Origin: the human T2T-CHM13v2.0 reference genome, Homo sapiens
Assembly: GCF_009914755.1 (NCBI RefSeq)
Contig: NC_060937.1
Reading direction: 5' to 3' (one strand)
Length of the DNA: 64,000 nt
Position 1 is the stretch's first letter. Each line of letters begins with the position of its first letter. The position numbers were made by a program, and so were the translations under genes. Below, piece after piece: positions 39,340-52,891 of the stretch. The notes under the pieces were generated by a model, which worked only from the letters and a program-made list of their open reading frames with translations, did not search any database and was not told where the DNA came from.

Positions 39340-40230
39340 TTTCCCCTAACTAACCTACAGACTTTATTTGGATTTCATCAGTTTTTTGACTACTGACCAC
39401 TTTCTATTCCAGAATCCAATAGAGAAAACCACATTGCCTTTAGTCATTATCATCACAGTCTAGTCTGGGACAATTTCTCTGTGTCTTCCTTGTTTTCATA
39501 ATCTTGACACCTTTTGAATACACTGGTCAAGTGTTTTGTAGACTGTCTTTTGATTTGGGTTGATCTGATATTTTCTCATGATTAGACTAGCTTTATGAAA
39601 TTTCTGGGAAGAATACCCCAGAGATGGAAGACCCTTTTGTTATAGCATCATATCAGGTTGGACCTGTCATCAGCATGACATTAGATAATATCCTGATTAT
39701 CTAAATGATGACAGTTTATTTAAAGTGTTGGCTGCCAAGTTTCTCCACCGAAAAGATAGTGCTTTTCCTTTTTTGGAAGTGAGTCATTAAGTCTAATCCA
39801 TATTCAAGGGAGAGGAACTAACATCCAACTCCTGAATGGGAAAGTATGTCTATATGTTATTTGAACTGCTTCTACATAGATTTGCTCCTTCTTCCATATT
39901 TTTACTCAATCATTTTTATAGCAAGTGTATTTATTTTATACTTTGGGTTATAATCTTCTACTAACCTATTTATTTTGGTGTTCACATGTTCTAGCTTTGT
40001 CCATTGGAACTCTGTCATTCCTGTGTCTCACTCACATGACTTTATGCTTCTTCTATTTCTCTCTGTTTCGTTTTATGTCTGGTGAAGTGACATTTTAGTA
40101 CTGAAAGATGCTCCAGGCTCATATGACATGTTCCCTGTTCTAATTCTAGAATGAAACATTTCTTTAAGAAACTCTGATTTCTTTTATTGGAGAAAGATAT
40201 TTAGAAAACAAGATCTGACTGTTGGGTATT
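39340..40230 (-). mobile_element. L1MC-type 3' fragment
   Basis: CTAACCTACAGACTTTATTTGGATTTCATCAG...CCACATTGCCTTTAGTC...GATGCTCCAGGCTCAT...TTTTATTGGAGAA. Confidence 0.75.
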
Positions 40231-40489
40231 CCCAATTTAGTTTAAAAATATCATAGGATCATCACATGCTCACAAAATCTGTTTTTTTTTCTAACAAAAG
40301 ATACTTCTGGTAAAATGTAATCTCAACATTATGAATCATGATATTGGAGGGGAGTTGAGACAGCATCACAAACAAATGTATAAACAATTACACAATTATC
40401 AGATTTGAATTTGAAAAGTGTTTAACTGTTAATATAAATGTTATTTATTTATTTATTTATTTATTCCAACCCCACTTGATTGTCTTGTG

Positions 40490-40960
40490 TTAGGAGGTGA
40501 AATACTTGCTCTCTATGTAAAATACAATGGCTGCCTCAAGTGGGTCACAATCCAGTGGGGGAGTTGCCTAAATATATTAATTATAAGAAAATAAAGAAAG
40601 TGCAAAAAAGTGCTATGAACTAAGTGCATATGAGCAGAGGGAATAACAAAAGTAGAAAATAAACTCAATGTTGAGAAGACCCTTCACTAGAATACCATTT
40701 AAATAGAGTCTTAAAGAAGACAACTTGGAAGATGAAAGTTTAGTGATGCTGATGTGGAAAGCAAGTTAAAAATTCCATACATAGAAAATCTCTGTTCTAT
40801 ACGAAATCATGAATAAAGTCATCAAAGTCATGTGAATATTCATGGCATCATGAGGAATCAGTGTTACTGGAATTGCTCTAGACGTACATGGGAGTGCATT
40901 AGAAGAGGAGGCTGGAGAGGTAGATTGGGACAAGAGACTGTAAAGAGAATTTCCCAAACT
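40490..40960 (-). mobile_element. L2 LINE fragment
   Basis: TCACAATCCAGTGGGGGAG...AAGTGCTATGAA...GAGGAGGCTGGAGAGGTAG. Confidence 0.55.
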
Positions 40961-41109
40961 AGCACATATAAATAAATGGAGTCTCTATTGTAATTCCTAT
41001 TATCTGAAAAGGTTGAAATTAATTTATGATAAGACAGTTTTGCTTACTTTTTAATTACCAGCTGAAGATTGGGAATGTGCCATATTGATTCTCAGTTTGG
41101 TACAATGTA

Positions 41110-41340
41110 TTAGTGTAGTTAGAGAAGGCTTCCATGGTCAGAGGTGTGGGATTGAGACCTAGGCTCTGTCAATTATGAACTATGTAACCTCGAACAGATT
41201 ATTTTATCTCTTGGATACTCATCTCATCTAAAAACAGTATGGAAATAAACACCTCTTAGGGTTGTTGTAAAGATTAATTGCAATACTACAGGGCACATCT
41301 AGACAGAGTATAAACAATAAATGTCAACAAATATTATTTA
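41110..41340 (+). mobile_element. MIR SINE
   Basis: AGTGTAGTTAGAGAAGG...GGCTCTGTC...TATGTAACCTCGAAC...AGGGTTGTTGTAAAGATTAA. Confidence 0.7.
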
Positions 41341-41878
41341 AATTTTGTCTCAGTGATTATATTGGGCATGATAGATAATAGAACTACAAAGGACTGGCTG
41401 GCTGGTCATGCCCATAGCAGCTGACTATGTCTATAGTGAACAAATCCTTTGATAAAGGAGCAATTGCCACAAATAATTGGGGCAAAAAGGATCACAAAGG
41501 TGAAAAATACCTTCAAAGTTAGCTTTCTTTTTTTATTGTCAAGGAAACATCTTCAAAATTTAAGCTGACTCAAATAAGGTCACTAAGCAAGTTGGTGCAG
41601 AGCATGTGGAGTCCAAGCCTCCCTTTCTTTGTTTGTTATCTCCTTGTCAGATACACAAAGCCAGTGATTCTGATAGATAATTATTGTATTGATTAATTAA
41701 TGCTTGGATTATCTTCTAAACAAATACACAATTTGTTTAAAAATATAAGTATAAATTAACTCATTAAGAATACAGACACATAAACTCAAAAATTTTAATG
41801 GGAACAAACTCTAGTATAATTTGCATTTGATCTCTTTTATTCTCAATCTTCTGGCCCCTTTACTAACATATTTGTTCC

Positions 41879-42199
41879 TTTTTTTTTTTTTTTTTTTTTT
41901 TTGACAGAGTTTTGCTCTTTCGCCTAGGCTGGAGTGCAGTGGCGCAATCTTGACTCATTACATCCTCCGCTTCCCAGGTGGAAGTCATTCTCCTACCTGA
42001 GCCTTCCAGGTAGCTGGAACTATAGGCATGCACTACCACACCCAGCTAATTTTTTTTTTTTTTTTTTTTTGTATTTTTAGTAGAGATGGAGTTTCGCCAT
42101 GTTGGCCAGGCTGGTCTCGAACTCCTAACCTCAAGTGATCTGCCCACCTCAGCCTCCCAAAATGCTGTGATTACAGGCGTGATCCACTGCACCAGGCCT
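41879..42199 (-). mobile_element. AluS with an expanded central poly-T
   Basis: antisense Alu; degenerate TSD CATATTTGTTCC / CATATTGATTCC. Confidence 0.95.
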
Positions 42200-42756
42200 C
42201 ATATTGATTCCATTCAGTTGAATAGTGGGGTAACTTTAAGCATTTCTTCAACTTTTTCTAATATTGTGCATAAAATTATAACAATTTCAAATAAATTAAA
42301 AAAAACACAATTTGAATTGCACTTGATAATTTAAAAAATTACTCTCCAGGGGGCTCAATTGTAATCACTATATTCAAATATAGAAGTATTAATAACTAAT
42401 GACTAAGGTAGCATAATTTATATGAATAAAGATTTTCATTAGGTTTAATAAAATATACTGGTTCTTCTTTTCTTATATCTTTGATAAAACAGTCTCATCA
42501 TATCTTATCTCTCTCTCTTCACCAAATTCTTAATAATAATGTGGTCAAAATCTAAATTACCACAAAAGATTAACAACTAGCGTATGTTGTTTTATTTCAT
42601 TGCTAATATTATTCTGTCTACCCTTTGAAAAGGAGACAAAAGTTAAGGGAAAATTTGATGTTATGTGTCGATTTAAATTACATGGTGTTTTGTAGGCTTG
42701 AGATAAAATCAGCAAAATTACTAATATTTTCTATAGTGGTGATAATTGACAATACA

Positions 42757-43300
42757 TTGTTTTTCAAAATATGTACTCAAGAGAACTTCTAAAATATTCT
42801 GTGACTCTTGTTAAAATGCAGATTCGTGGACTTAATAACGTATTACCTGAGTTAGAATCGCCAAGGTTGTATATTTAACAAGTTGCTGGTTTGTTTCCTA
42901 AGCTGATATGGTTTGGCTCTGTGTTCCCACCCAAATCTCATCTCGAATTGTAATCCCCACATATCAAGTAAGGGACCTGGTGGAGTTAATTTGATCATTG
43001 AGGTGGTTTCCCCCATGATGTTCTCATGATAGTGAGTGAGTTCGCACATGGTCTGATATTTTGTAAGTGTTTGACAGTTCCTCCTTCACACTTTCCCTTT
43101 CTCTCTCCTGCAGCCTTGTGAAGAAGGTACCTGCTTCCCTTTCTGCCATGATTGTAATTTTCCTGAAGCCGCCCCAACCATGTGGTACTGTGAATTAATT
43201 AATTTGCTTTCCTTTATAAATTACTGAGTCTCAGGGAAGTTCTTTATAGCAGTGTGAAAACAAACTAATGAGCATTTTTTATGTTGAAGAACCTCTGGTA
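42757..43300. mobile_element. MER5-like DNA transposon split by the THE1D LTR
   Basis: CTTGTTAAAATGCAGATTC...GTATATTTAACAAG on the left and GTTGAAGAACCTCTG on the right of the LTR. Confidence 0.55.
42904..43269 (+). mobile_element. THE1D solo LTR
   Basis: TGATATGGTTTGGCTCTGTGTTCCCACCCAAATCTCATCTCGAATTGTAATCCCCAC...GTGAAGAAGGT...TTTATAGCAGTGTGAAAACAAACTAAT. Confidence 0.9.
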
Positions 43301-43699
43301 TGCTGACTCTTTAAGAGTTTGAGTATTAAAAAAAAGTTTTCTGTCCAGCAAAGCCTTAATATTGGGCATAGTGCATAATATTCTCACTTAAGAATTTTCA
43401 AATTAGCTGAATAAACATTCTAAAAAATTCTAGTTAATGGAATTAACATAACTTTTCTGTGACTATATGGAAATTATCTTACATACTGTAAATTCAGAGG
43501 TATACATAATTAGACTTTGTCTATATCTGTAAACACTGTATTATTTGAATAATTTTGATTGAATAACTATTTTCTAATTTAGATTTATATCCTACCAGCA
43601 AAGGTCATTACATTATAACATTTATTTATTTTATTGTGATTCTGAGTTATATTTTTTAAAATTTATATCCTCATTTTAATATTTTATAAACTGTATATA

Positions 43700-43942
43700 G
43701 TATTTATTATACATGAGGTATTGCTTTATGAACTATTCAAATATTAAATTATGTGATTTCATAACAGTTCTAAGAGTTAGGTGCTATTATTTTCTCCATT
43801 TCACAGGTGAGGAAACTGAGGTATAGAGAGGTTATAAGATTTGCTCAAGACCTTGCAATTGTCCTAAGTTGATGAAACCAGAATTCAAACCCAGACAGTC
43901 TGGCCCAGCATCTATATTTTTAACTCATGCTCTGCCGCCTGT
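43700..43942 (-). mobile_element. MIR SINE, well preserved
   Basis: CCATTTCACAGGTGAGGAAACTGAGGTATAGAGAGGTT...GAATTCAAACCCAGACAGTCTGGC. Confidence 0.9.
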
Positions 43943-46900
43943 GACATGAAATTGATAAATTTGGTTGAGGTCAAAAGTTGGAAGCTTTGATTTTATTGGG
44001 CTTTCTGCCTAATTCTTTCTATAGTAAGTGAGAAAGAGGCCAATTTTTAAAAAAAATCTGTTTGAACAAGTCTTAATAGAAATAAATCCTTTTGGCAGGC
44101 TTCTCTAAAATGTCTTATTTTATCTTGCAGAATTTGCAATTAAAAATATTTCTTCAAAAATTAACATTCCAACTTAGTGTGATAAAGTCTGACTTTTATT
44201 TTCGTCTTGTAAAATCAGTCATCAACCAAAAAAAAAAAAAAAGGAGGAATTGCAGAGGGTTTTGTTTTGTGTTTGACTTCACTATTTCTATTACAGTAGC
44301 TCTTCATCACCATGGACTTGAATGTTAAGAAAAAAAATTAATATGGCTTATAGCAGTAATCCTCTTAAATGCTTGAGACTTTGCCAGCTTTCAACTAACA
44401 AGCCAGGTTATTAACGGCTGCGGTCCTGCAACACTCTGGGATTATTGTCTAGGTCTGCTGACGAGGCATTGCTAGTGACCAGTTTGTAAAATGCAATCTG
44501 TTATTTTATTTCATAACCTGATCAATGATTAAAACTGCTTGAAGTACAAAAATATGCCTTCCCAACCAGCTGATGATTTTTGCAACATAGAATTGAATGT
44601 CTCCTTTTATGTGTGATTAAAGGTTCTGATTATTACCTATGTAAGTTATCTGGCAGCTTTTTTGGGGGGCTTTTGGTTTGATCAAGCAAACTTGAAAAGA
44701 ACATCAAGATTAAAAAAAAATTAACATTACCTTTAACTAAAAAAAATGACAGCTCTGTAAGAAGACTGTCTCCCCTCACCTGATTCTTAATATGGAGTTT
44801 CTGACAAGTATAGAGATTTGCCTTAATTATTTATTCATTTCATTGAAATCATCTTCATCTGCTTTAAATTTCTAATAAGTCTATTTAAATAAAGAGAATC
44901 CTATTTGAATGTTGATTTTATACTTTAAAAATCATGAAGGTGTCTGTGTTTATAATGAAGTGCAGAGGAGGCAATGGTAATGATTATATCAGTAAGTGGC
45001 CAGAATAAAATTGCAAATCCCATTAGCTAATGACATAATGGCATTTCAAACCAAGTTACTATAAAATAGTTCCAGATATCAGTAGATTAGAAAACAATAA
45101 TAAACCATTATTGCTGCTAGAAAATATGGAAGATGTAATCTGAAAACAAAGAAAAAAATAATCCATACTTTCTCACCTTTATGATCTGAACAAGTTACAA
45201 CTTGTAGAACACTTGCCTTTGGTACAGCCAATAGGGCAGCTAGTTGCCTTGTTCCCTATGCCTAGGTTCAGGCTTCAAAATCTGGCTTCAGGTTTTGACA
45301 TAATGATTTGTTTCATTGGTTTGGTTTGATTGTCTTATTAAAAACCCAACAGCTCTGATATGAAGAGTTTCTGAAGCTCTATTTTTTCATTTCCCTTGTG
45401 GGGTCTAGATGATGTCCTGCAAATTTGCTTTTCATAGGTATCCAAATTCAGCATAAATTCACCTACTGGCCCCCACCCTTTGCAAAAGCACCTTTTCCAG
45501 TAAAGTATGTGTATTGAAAGTGTTAAGTGTTGGGATTTAAATATAGCACAATACATATGAAGATAGGTGAGAGAGACGTCTGGTATGGTGGACGTTTTAT
45601 TTTCAGTGTAGTTCTAAGGATGGTTTTTCATGTCTTTTAAATAGGAATGGATGACAGGTTGGAAGCATGTTCTAAAAAATTCCTCCTATATACAGACAGG
45701 GACATACACACAGATACATGTAAGTTTAAAGAATAGTATTACAGGCAGGAGAATAAAAAGCAAGACAAATGTGTGCAGAAAGGAAAACTAGGCAGTTATT
45801 CCTACCTGAATTTTCACTCGTAACTCTTCTGAGAATACTATATCCTACAATAATCCTATATGTGTCAAGTATCAAAATTGTATTTTGGTGAGAAAGGTTA
45901 TAAAGAAAATATGTTTTTCAGCCTTACATTTTGGAAAATTCTAACTTCTTATTTGCTTCTTAGTTGCTCAGGTTTCTGAAAATGAAATTGGAAATCTGAA
46001 AAACAAACCTTCAGAATTATAAACTAAATTGTCTTACAAATTTTTTAGATCCTATTGACCAGTCCAATGCCATTCTACCTCATGAAAAAAATAATAATAA
46101 AATAAAAATATTTTCCCTTGTCTGGAAGCATTTATGAAAGCTAAAAATGGCATGCTGAAATTTCAGGATGATATGTCTTGTTGTATTTTGTCCCCCAATT
46201 CTTTTGATGATAACTCATGGAGCCCTTGCATTTTGCAAATCTTTGCAGTACAATTTGGTAATAATTAAACACAATGGCCAAAAATAATAGCTCTCCATAT
46301 TACTTTTGCCCCTTTCCAATTTATTTCACCCAATGTAGTTGTTAAATTGCAATCACAAAGTAAAAATTCACCAATCATGCAGAACAACAAGTTTAATTTG
46401 TTGATCCATTTTAACATTCAAATCTCCCTACCAATGATTTTAGCAATGATTTATACCTCAATGTAAGAAAGTTGCATATGTATATTTTTAAGTCTATTTT
46501 TTTTGTAGGGAGATAATCATGATACAAAACTGAATTAATGAATGAGAAGTTTCTACAAAAGACAAGTTAAAACAAACAAACAAAAAAAACCAGGCTGTAA
46601 CAAGGACATAATTGAGGGGACAAAGGCAGATACGTCTTATTATTTAGTCTGAAGTAGGAATTGGTTGCTTAAAACCTTTATTATATTTTTAAATTGGTAA
46701 ATGCAGTGTAATTTTCTATAGATATAACCATTGGTTAAAACTGAGGTTTTATAAAATTATTTTAATAAATTCTGATAACCCATTTATGTCTTTTATTCCA
46801 AGAAATCTAATTCTGCATGTCAAGTTCCAAGTGAGTAGCCCAAGAGAATACACTTAAATGTATCCACCTATTATGTACCAAAGTAAAAAACATACATGTT

Positions 46901-48269
46901 TGTGGTTCTGCATTAGAAGTGGAAAAGTTGGATCTGCATCTCCAATCTGTACTTGCCAAAGATTCTGATATTTCCCAAGTCTATGCAAATATACATAGAT
47001 TTTCCTCCATCAGGTATAAAGAACATGTGTGAAGATGAAATAACTCAGCACAAGAATGTATTCATACAACATTCGTGTGGAAAATTTGAGAAGTATAAGA
47101 CGGCATAAATTTTCTAAAATATAGAAAAGGTGTTTCCTTTCTTTTTGTATTTACATATATACATACATATATATAAATATATCTCCTATGAATCTGACAA
47201 ATTATAATATATAATAATACATTGGACTCTTGTTGCACCTTGCTCCTGAAATTATTAAGGGATGTTCACATTGGTTATCTCATTTGTTTACCCACTATTC
47301 TTCTGAGGTAGAAGAAGTTATACTGTGATATCTTTTGTACAGATAGCACTTTTCAAAGCTTCATTTTCACCTACAGAATGGCTCAATCAATGACAGAAGG
47401 CAATTTTAGGAAAAATTGTTCATATACCAAGCGGATGGATACCATCCGCTTAAAAATATTATCCACAACATATTTCTCAGCATTGTCTGGTATATAAAGT
47501 GGTAACAGAGTACTTTTTAAAGTTTCTTACCATTGAATTATATAACAACTCCTTCTAATCTCCCCAAAATTGGATTAAATCAGATTAAGCACGTGATAGT
47601 AACAAAATAATAATAAAATTAGTAATGGAGATGATGGAGGTGGGTAAAAGGGAAACTAAATTCTATATAGTTCCCGATATTCAGAAAGATTTCTAAAAAA
47701 TACTTGGATTTCAATATACCACACTGAAGATTGAGGCCTTTGTTCATTGTTTTTCCGATGGAAAAGAAAAGAAACCTGAGGCTTTGCAAGATTTTTCAGT
47801 GAGATGCTTCTGACAAGTGATCAAATCATTGAACACTCTTCTTGAAAAATAATGTTCAGATGTAGTCTAAGTATACGCCCTGTGACAGCACGAACAACCT
47901 TTCCTCTGTATTGACATTCATTCTAATAATAGAAAAATGTAGACAGAATATCTGACACCCCCACCACACCAAACAAGACTGTGACTTCATGTCTGTGATA
48001 TAAAATCTTATTAATGGAAATATTCTCATTGTTTAAAAATGGTTTTGAAACTGCCTTTTTACTTTTGATTACATGTTACCAAAACAATAGGAAATGTGGT
48101 AGATAGAAGCACAATGAAACTTAAGAAATAATAGTCTTATTCAAAGAGTTGTAAACGTTGCCTAGTAAAATGATGGCCCGCATCAGATCAGGAAATTGAC
48201 ATATTTTATTAGCAATATATACATAAATATCTTGTCAATGCTTCTATAAACAAAGACACTTTTTAAAGT

Positions 48270-48870
48270 CAATCTTTAATATGAAAATTTTCAAACACAA
48301 AAAAGTACAGAGTATATTATAAAGACTTTTCATGTACCCATCACCTACAGCCAACTTGATTTTATAGAGATACTACCCAATTAATCACTTGGTTAAGTAA
48401 ACAGATTATTTTAAAGAAAATCTCAATTTCATATCATTTAGCAGCAAATTACTTCAGTATATATCTCTAAGAAATATAGAATATTTTTCTAAGACATACT
48501 TCATCTTATCAAACCTTTCAAACATTAGCAACAATTCCTTAGTATTATCAACTGAGTTAGTTTTCTAGGTTTCCCTAATCATCTATTTCTTAATTGTTTC
48601 TAAAAAGTTCATATAATACAATCAGTTGATGTGCCTCTACCTCTTTTTTATTCAGTAAATTAACCCTGCATTCTGCTTTCTATTCCTTATGACTCATTTT
48701 TAAAAGGAGCCGGGCCATTGTCATGAAAATAATTTTGTTTATTTCATAATGTCTAGTCATATGCCATGTGACTCTATTACTTACATTTCTTCTAAATTGA
48801 TAGGTAGCTAAATATATGACTTCTGATTGATCTAATTCAGATTTGAGTTTTTGAGAGGAATGCCTATTTT
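48270..48870 (-). mobile_element. L1MC-type 3' fragment
   Basis: ATGAAAATTTTCAAACAC...CATGTACCCATCACC...TACTTCAGTATATATCTCTAAG. Confidence 0.6.
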
Positions 48871-49647
48871 CTCTAGTTGTAAGACTCAGAATCTTTGTAA
48901 CTACGTATCAATGAAATACAATGTACTTTGGGACTAATTAAATCTCATTAAGTTTCAGTTCTACCATTTATTAGCTTTAGTGTCTGACCCTTAGAAAATT
49001 GTATACCCTATTTGTCACTCAGCTTCCACAAATTATGCTTCTTGTTTCTTCTCTCTCTTCAATGCACTGTGACCTTTAAAAAATAATTTTACTTTGTCAA
49101 TATTGAAACTCATGCCTTCTCCTCAGTAACTTTTTTTGTAAGGATGGGAGGAACAATTCAGTTATAAAGCTATTGGCAGGCGATCTTTTATAAAATGTTT
49201 TGGTGTCTGATTATTAACCTACAGAGGTAAGGAGTATTGTCAAAACATGATTTTTTTCTTGAGTAGCTAAACATACACTAATAGATAGTGGTTACAAGGT
49301 GTTTTATTCATTTTCTTTTAATATTTTACAGAAAGAAGCTGTTGAAACAGTCCATCTTACAACCCTTCTCTGGTAAGACATGTGAGTGAACTAAATGCAG
49401 CTAACCTAGCAGCAGATGCAAGGAGGGTTTTCACAGAGTCTGATACTAGAGGAGTCAAAACTTTGGAGATCAAAGGTCTTTGGGGCTGAACAAAAAAAAA
49501 AGGCGAAGATTAATCTGTTTGAAATTACACAATAATTTATTTTAGAGGGGAAACTGTACATGCTTATTTTTTCTTTTGATGTTTGTGTGTCATTATTATA
49601 CATTATTCATAGCTAATGTAAAGGGTATTAGTTATGACTATGACTTG

Positions 49648-49961
<314 letters not shown>

Positions 49962-50516
49962 ATTATGACTTGTTTTAAGCAGGGTCTGAATCCTAAATTG
50001 TAATATTTTTAAAGTGCAAGAGGTTTTTTATATTTTCTTTATGTACATCTATCTTATGTTCTGGCTGTGTAACCCATTAACTCTACACATCAGAGTGGGA
50101 AGTGATATCCAAAACATTTCTAAAAGAGCACTGGTTAACCCTATTTCAGTGACTCAAATGTCATAAAACACGTATACCACATGATAAATGTTTACTGAGC
50201 CCAGAAAAAGCCAGATAGTACAGTTTAAGTCCTAAAAATCACATAATTTAAAAACTGCTGAAAGAATTGGGGACTTTAAACCAAAGACTAAAGCTCGGCT
50301 TGGACCAAATTTTTAATTCACAAAACAAGCTGTCTTCATAGTTTTAAAAAGGAGGATTGTGAATTATCAAGTACAGTTACATCTATGTTACATAAAAGTG
50401 AGAGATTCTTACAAATAGAGTTAAAGAGCAGACTTATTCTACTTAATATGTGAAATAATTTCTCAATCATTTGAGTTGATTCAAAACAAAATCAATTCTT
50501 TCTAGGTGTCACTTAA

Positions 50517-50882
<366 letters not shown>

Positions 50883-50919
50883 TGAGTGATGGCTCAAATA
50901 ATGAAATTGTTGATTGTTT

Positions 50920-51297
50920 TTAATTGTATTTTTGTGTCCCCTCAACATTTATATACTGAAACCCCATATCCCCAGTGTGATGGCATTAGTAGGTGGTTCT
51001 TTGACAGATAATTAGACAATGTTCTTGGGGCCCTCATGAATGGGATTTGAGCTCATATAAGAAAAACAAAAGAAGAAGAGGAAGAAGAAGAAGGAGGAGG
51101 AGGAGGAGAAGGAGGAGGAGAAGGAGGAGGAGGGAAGAAGAAGGAAGAAGAGGGAAGAAGTACTAGAGCTTGCTTACTTTTTCTCTTCTCTCCGCCATGT
51201 GCAGATGCAACTAGAAGACAGCTGTTCGCAAACCAGGAATAGGGCCCTCATCAGACGCTGGATCTGCGGGTACATTACAATTGGACTTCTCAGCTTG
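50920..51297 (+). mobile_element. MLT1A/MSTD-like MaLR LTR, 3'-truncated
   Basis: TGTGTCCCCTCAAC...CCCCAGTGTGATGGCATTAG...GCCCTCATGAATGGGATT...CGCCATGTG...GGGCCCTCATCAGAC...TGGACTTCTCAGC. Confidence 0.8.
51070..51160. repeat. (GAA/GGA)n polypurine tract
   Basis: about 90 bp of uninterrupted purines. Confidence 0.95.
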
Positions 51298-52812
51298 GAA
51301 AGGTATGCCTACAAGGTTTTTGACAAAAAAAATAGTCCAACTGGAAAGAATTTTTTTTGTATAGTTTAATATTGGAATGGAATCAGAGTGGATAATTCAG
51401 TGAAATACATATAAATACATGGTGGAAATTCACTATTTTTACTTCTATTTTGATTTTAAAAGTTACAATCAGTACCCATTCTAGCTCTGTTCAATGGTGA
51501 AATCTACTGGCATATTATTAAAGCTGTCAGAGGAAAAGGAATGTTGGCAAGCCATCAGTTGGCAAATGTGAACAGGGGTCTTGGCTCTTATCTTAAGGAC
51601 AGACATTATCAATTTGGATAAATGATTTTGTACACCAAGAGGTATGTTTTACTTATTTATTTGCTTGTTCATGGTACAGCTGTAAGTCAAATGCTTTATT
51701 ATTTGTTAAAACATCTAAAACTAACTTCATTTTTGTTCTAGTATAGATTAGAATGATCTAGAGTTTTCCATAATACATACCTAAAAACTCAATATCTAAG
51801 GCACATGATCAATTACAGCTTTAAAATCAAGCAACAACAAGCTAACAAAGCACATAAAACACAATACTTCATATTTATCAAAATTTGTATGTCCTTTCTG
51901 AGAATTACCTGACTCAATCTGTAGAGAAGTAAGAAGTAGGCGGGATTCCTTCACACTGTCTTCCCCCAAGTTCAGGCACCTAATTTCGACAATGTAACAT
52001 TTTGCAGATTGAAGAACAAGAATTCTAGCCCTATTATGTAAAGGGAAGTTTAAGACTCAGAAAAGAAAAATGAAAAGACTCAGAAAAGAAAAAAACTTCA
52101 TGAGAATTTTCTGAGCTATGCCTATGAGGTATGCCTGAGTCCTATGCTCTGATGTCTAATTTGTTTCCCCATAATAAATGTAGAAATGTAGAAAATTCCA
52201 ATGAAGTGAAAAAAATTTAAAGAATTGAATGTGAAGGTGAGGGAAGACATGGGTTTAGATACAAAAGAATAGTGAGTTTCAAGATTATAAATTAAAATTT
52301 TGTTTTGCAGAATTTAAAAACAAATTATAATTTTATGCTAATAAGGGTGAAGTAATTAACATTACTTGAAATGCTAACCACACAAAATACACCATGTATT
52401 ATAACTTATTTAATACTCACAAACTTGGGGTGCAAAAATGTATAATTCATCACATTTTTTCATTGGGAAAATAGGTGCAGGGCTGATAAGCAACATATTG
52501 CCAAAGTACCTATAGAGGCATATGTGAAAGCTAGATTTTCAAACCTTTCCTATAAATATTTCTACTGAACCTGATTATAGAAGATGAGGTAGGAAGGAGT
52601 ATGCATTTCTGTCCCACTATCCTATATCATAAAGACCTAACCTAAGTCAGTCATTTATGAAAATCATTCCTGGCAAAAATCAAACATACGTATATGATTA
52701 TAATAATGTAATCCTCTATCAGAGTAAGAAATATATTTCATACAATTTTATCTGCATGTGTAGTAATGTGTTAATACCAGGAAAATATGACTTTGAAGAC
52801 ATTGAAAGCTGA

Positions 52813-52891
52813 CTCTCTCTCTCCCCCTCTCTGTCTCTCTCTCACTATATCTATGTGTATGTATATATATAGAGAGAGAGAGAGACAGAGA
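52813..52891. repeat. Compound (TC)n-(TA)n-(GA)n microsatellite
   Basis: read directly from the sequence. Confidence 0.85.
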
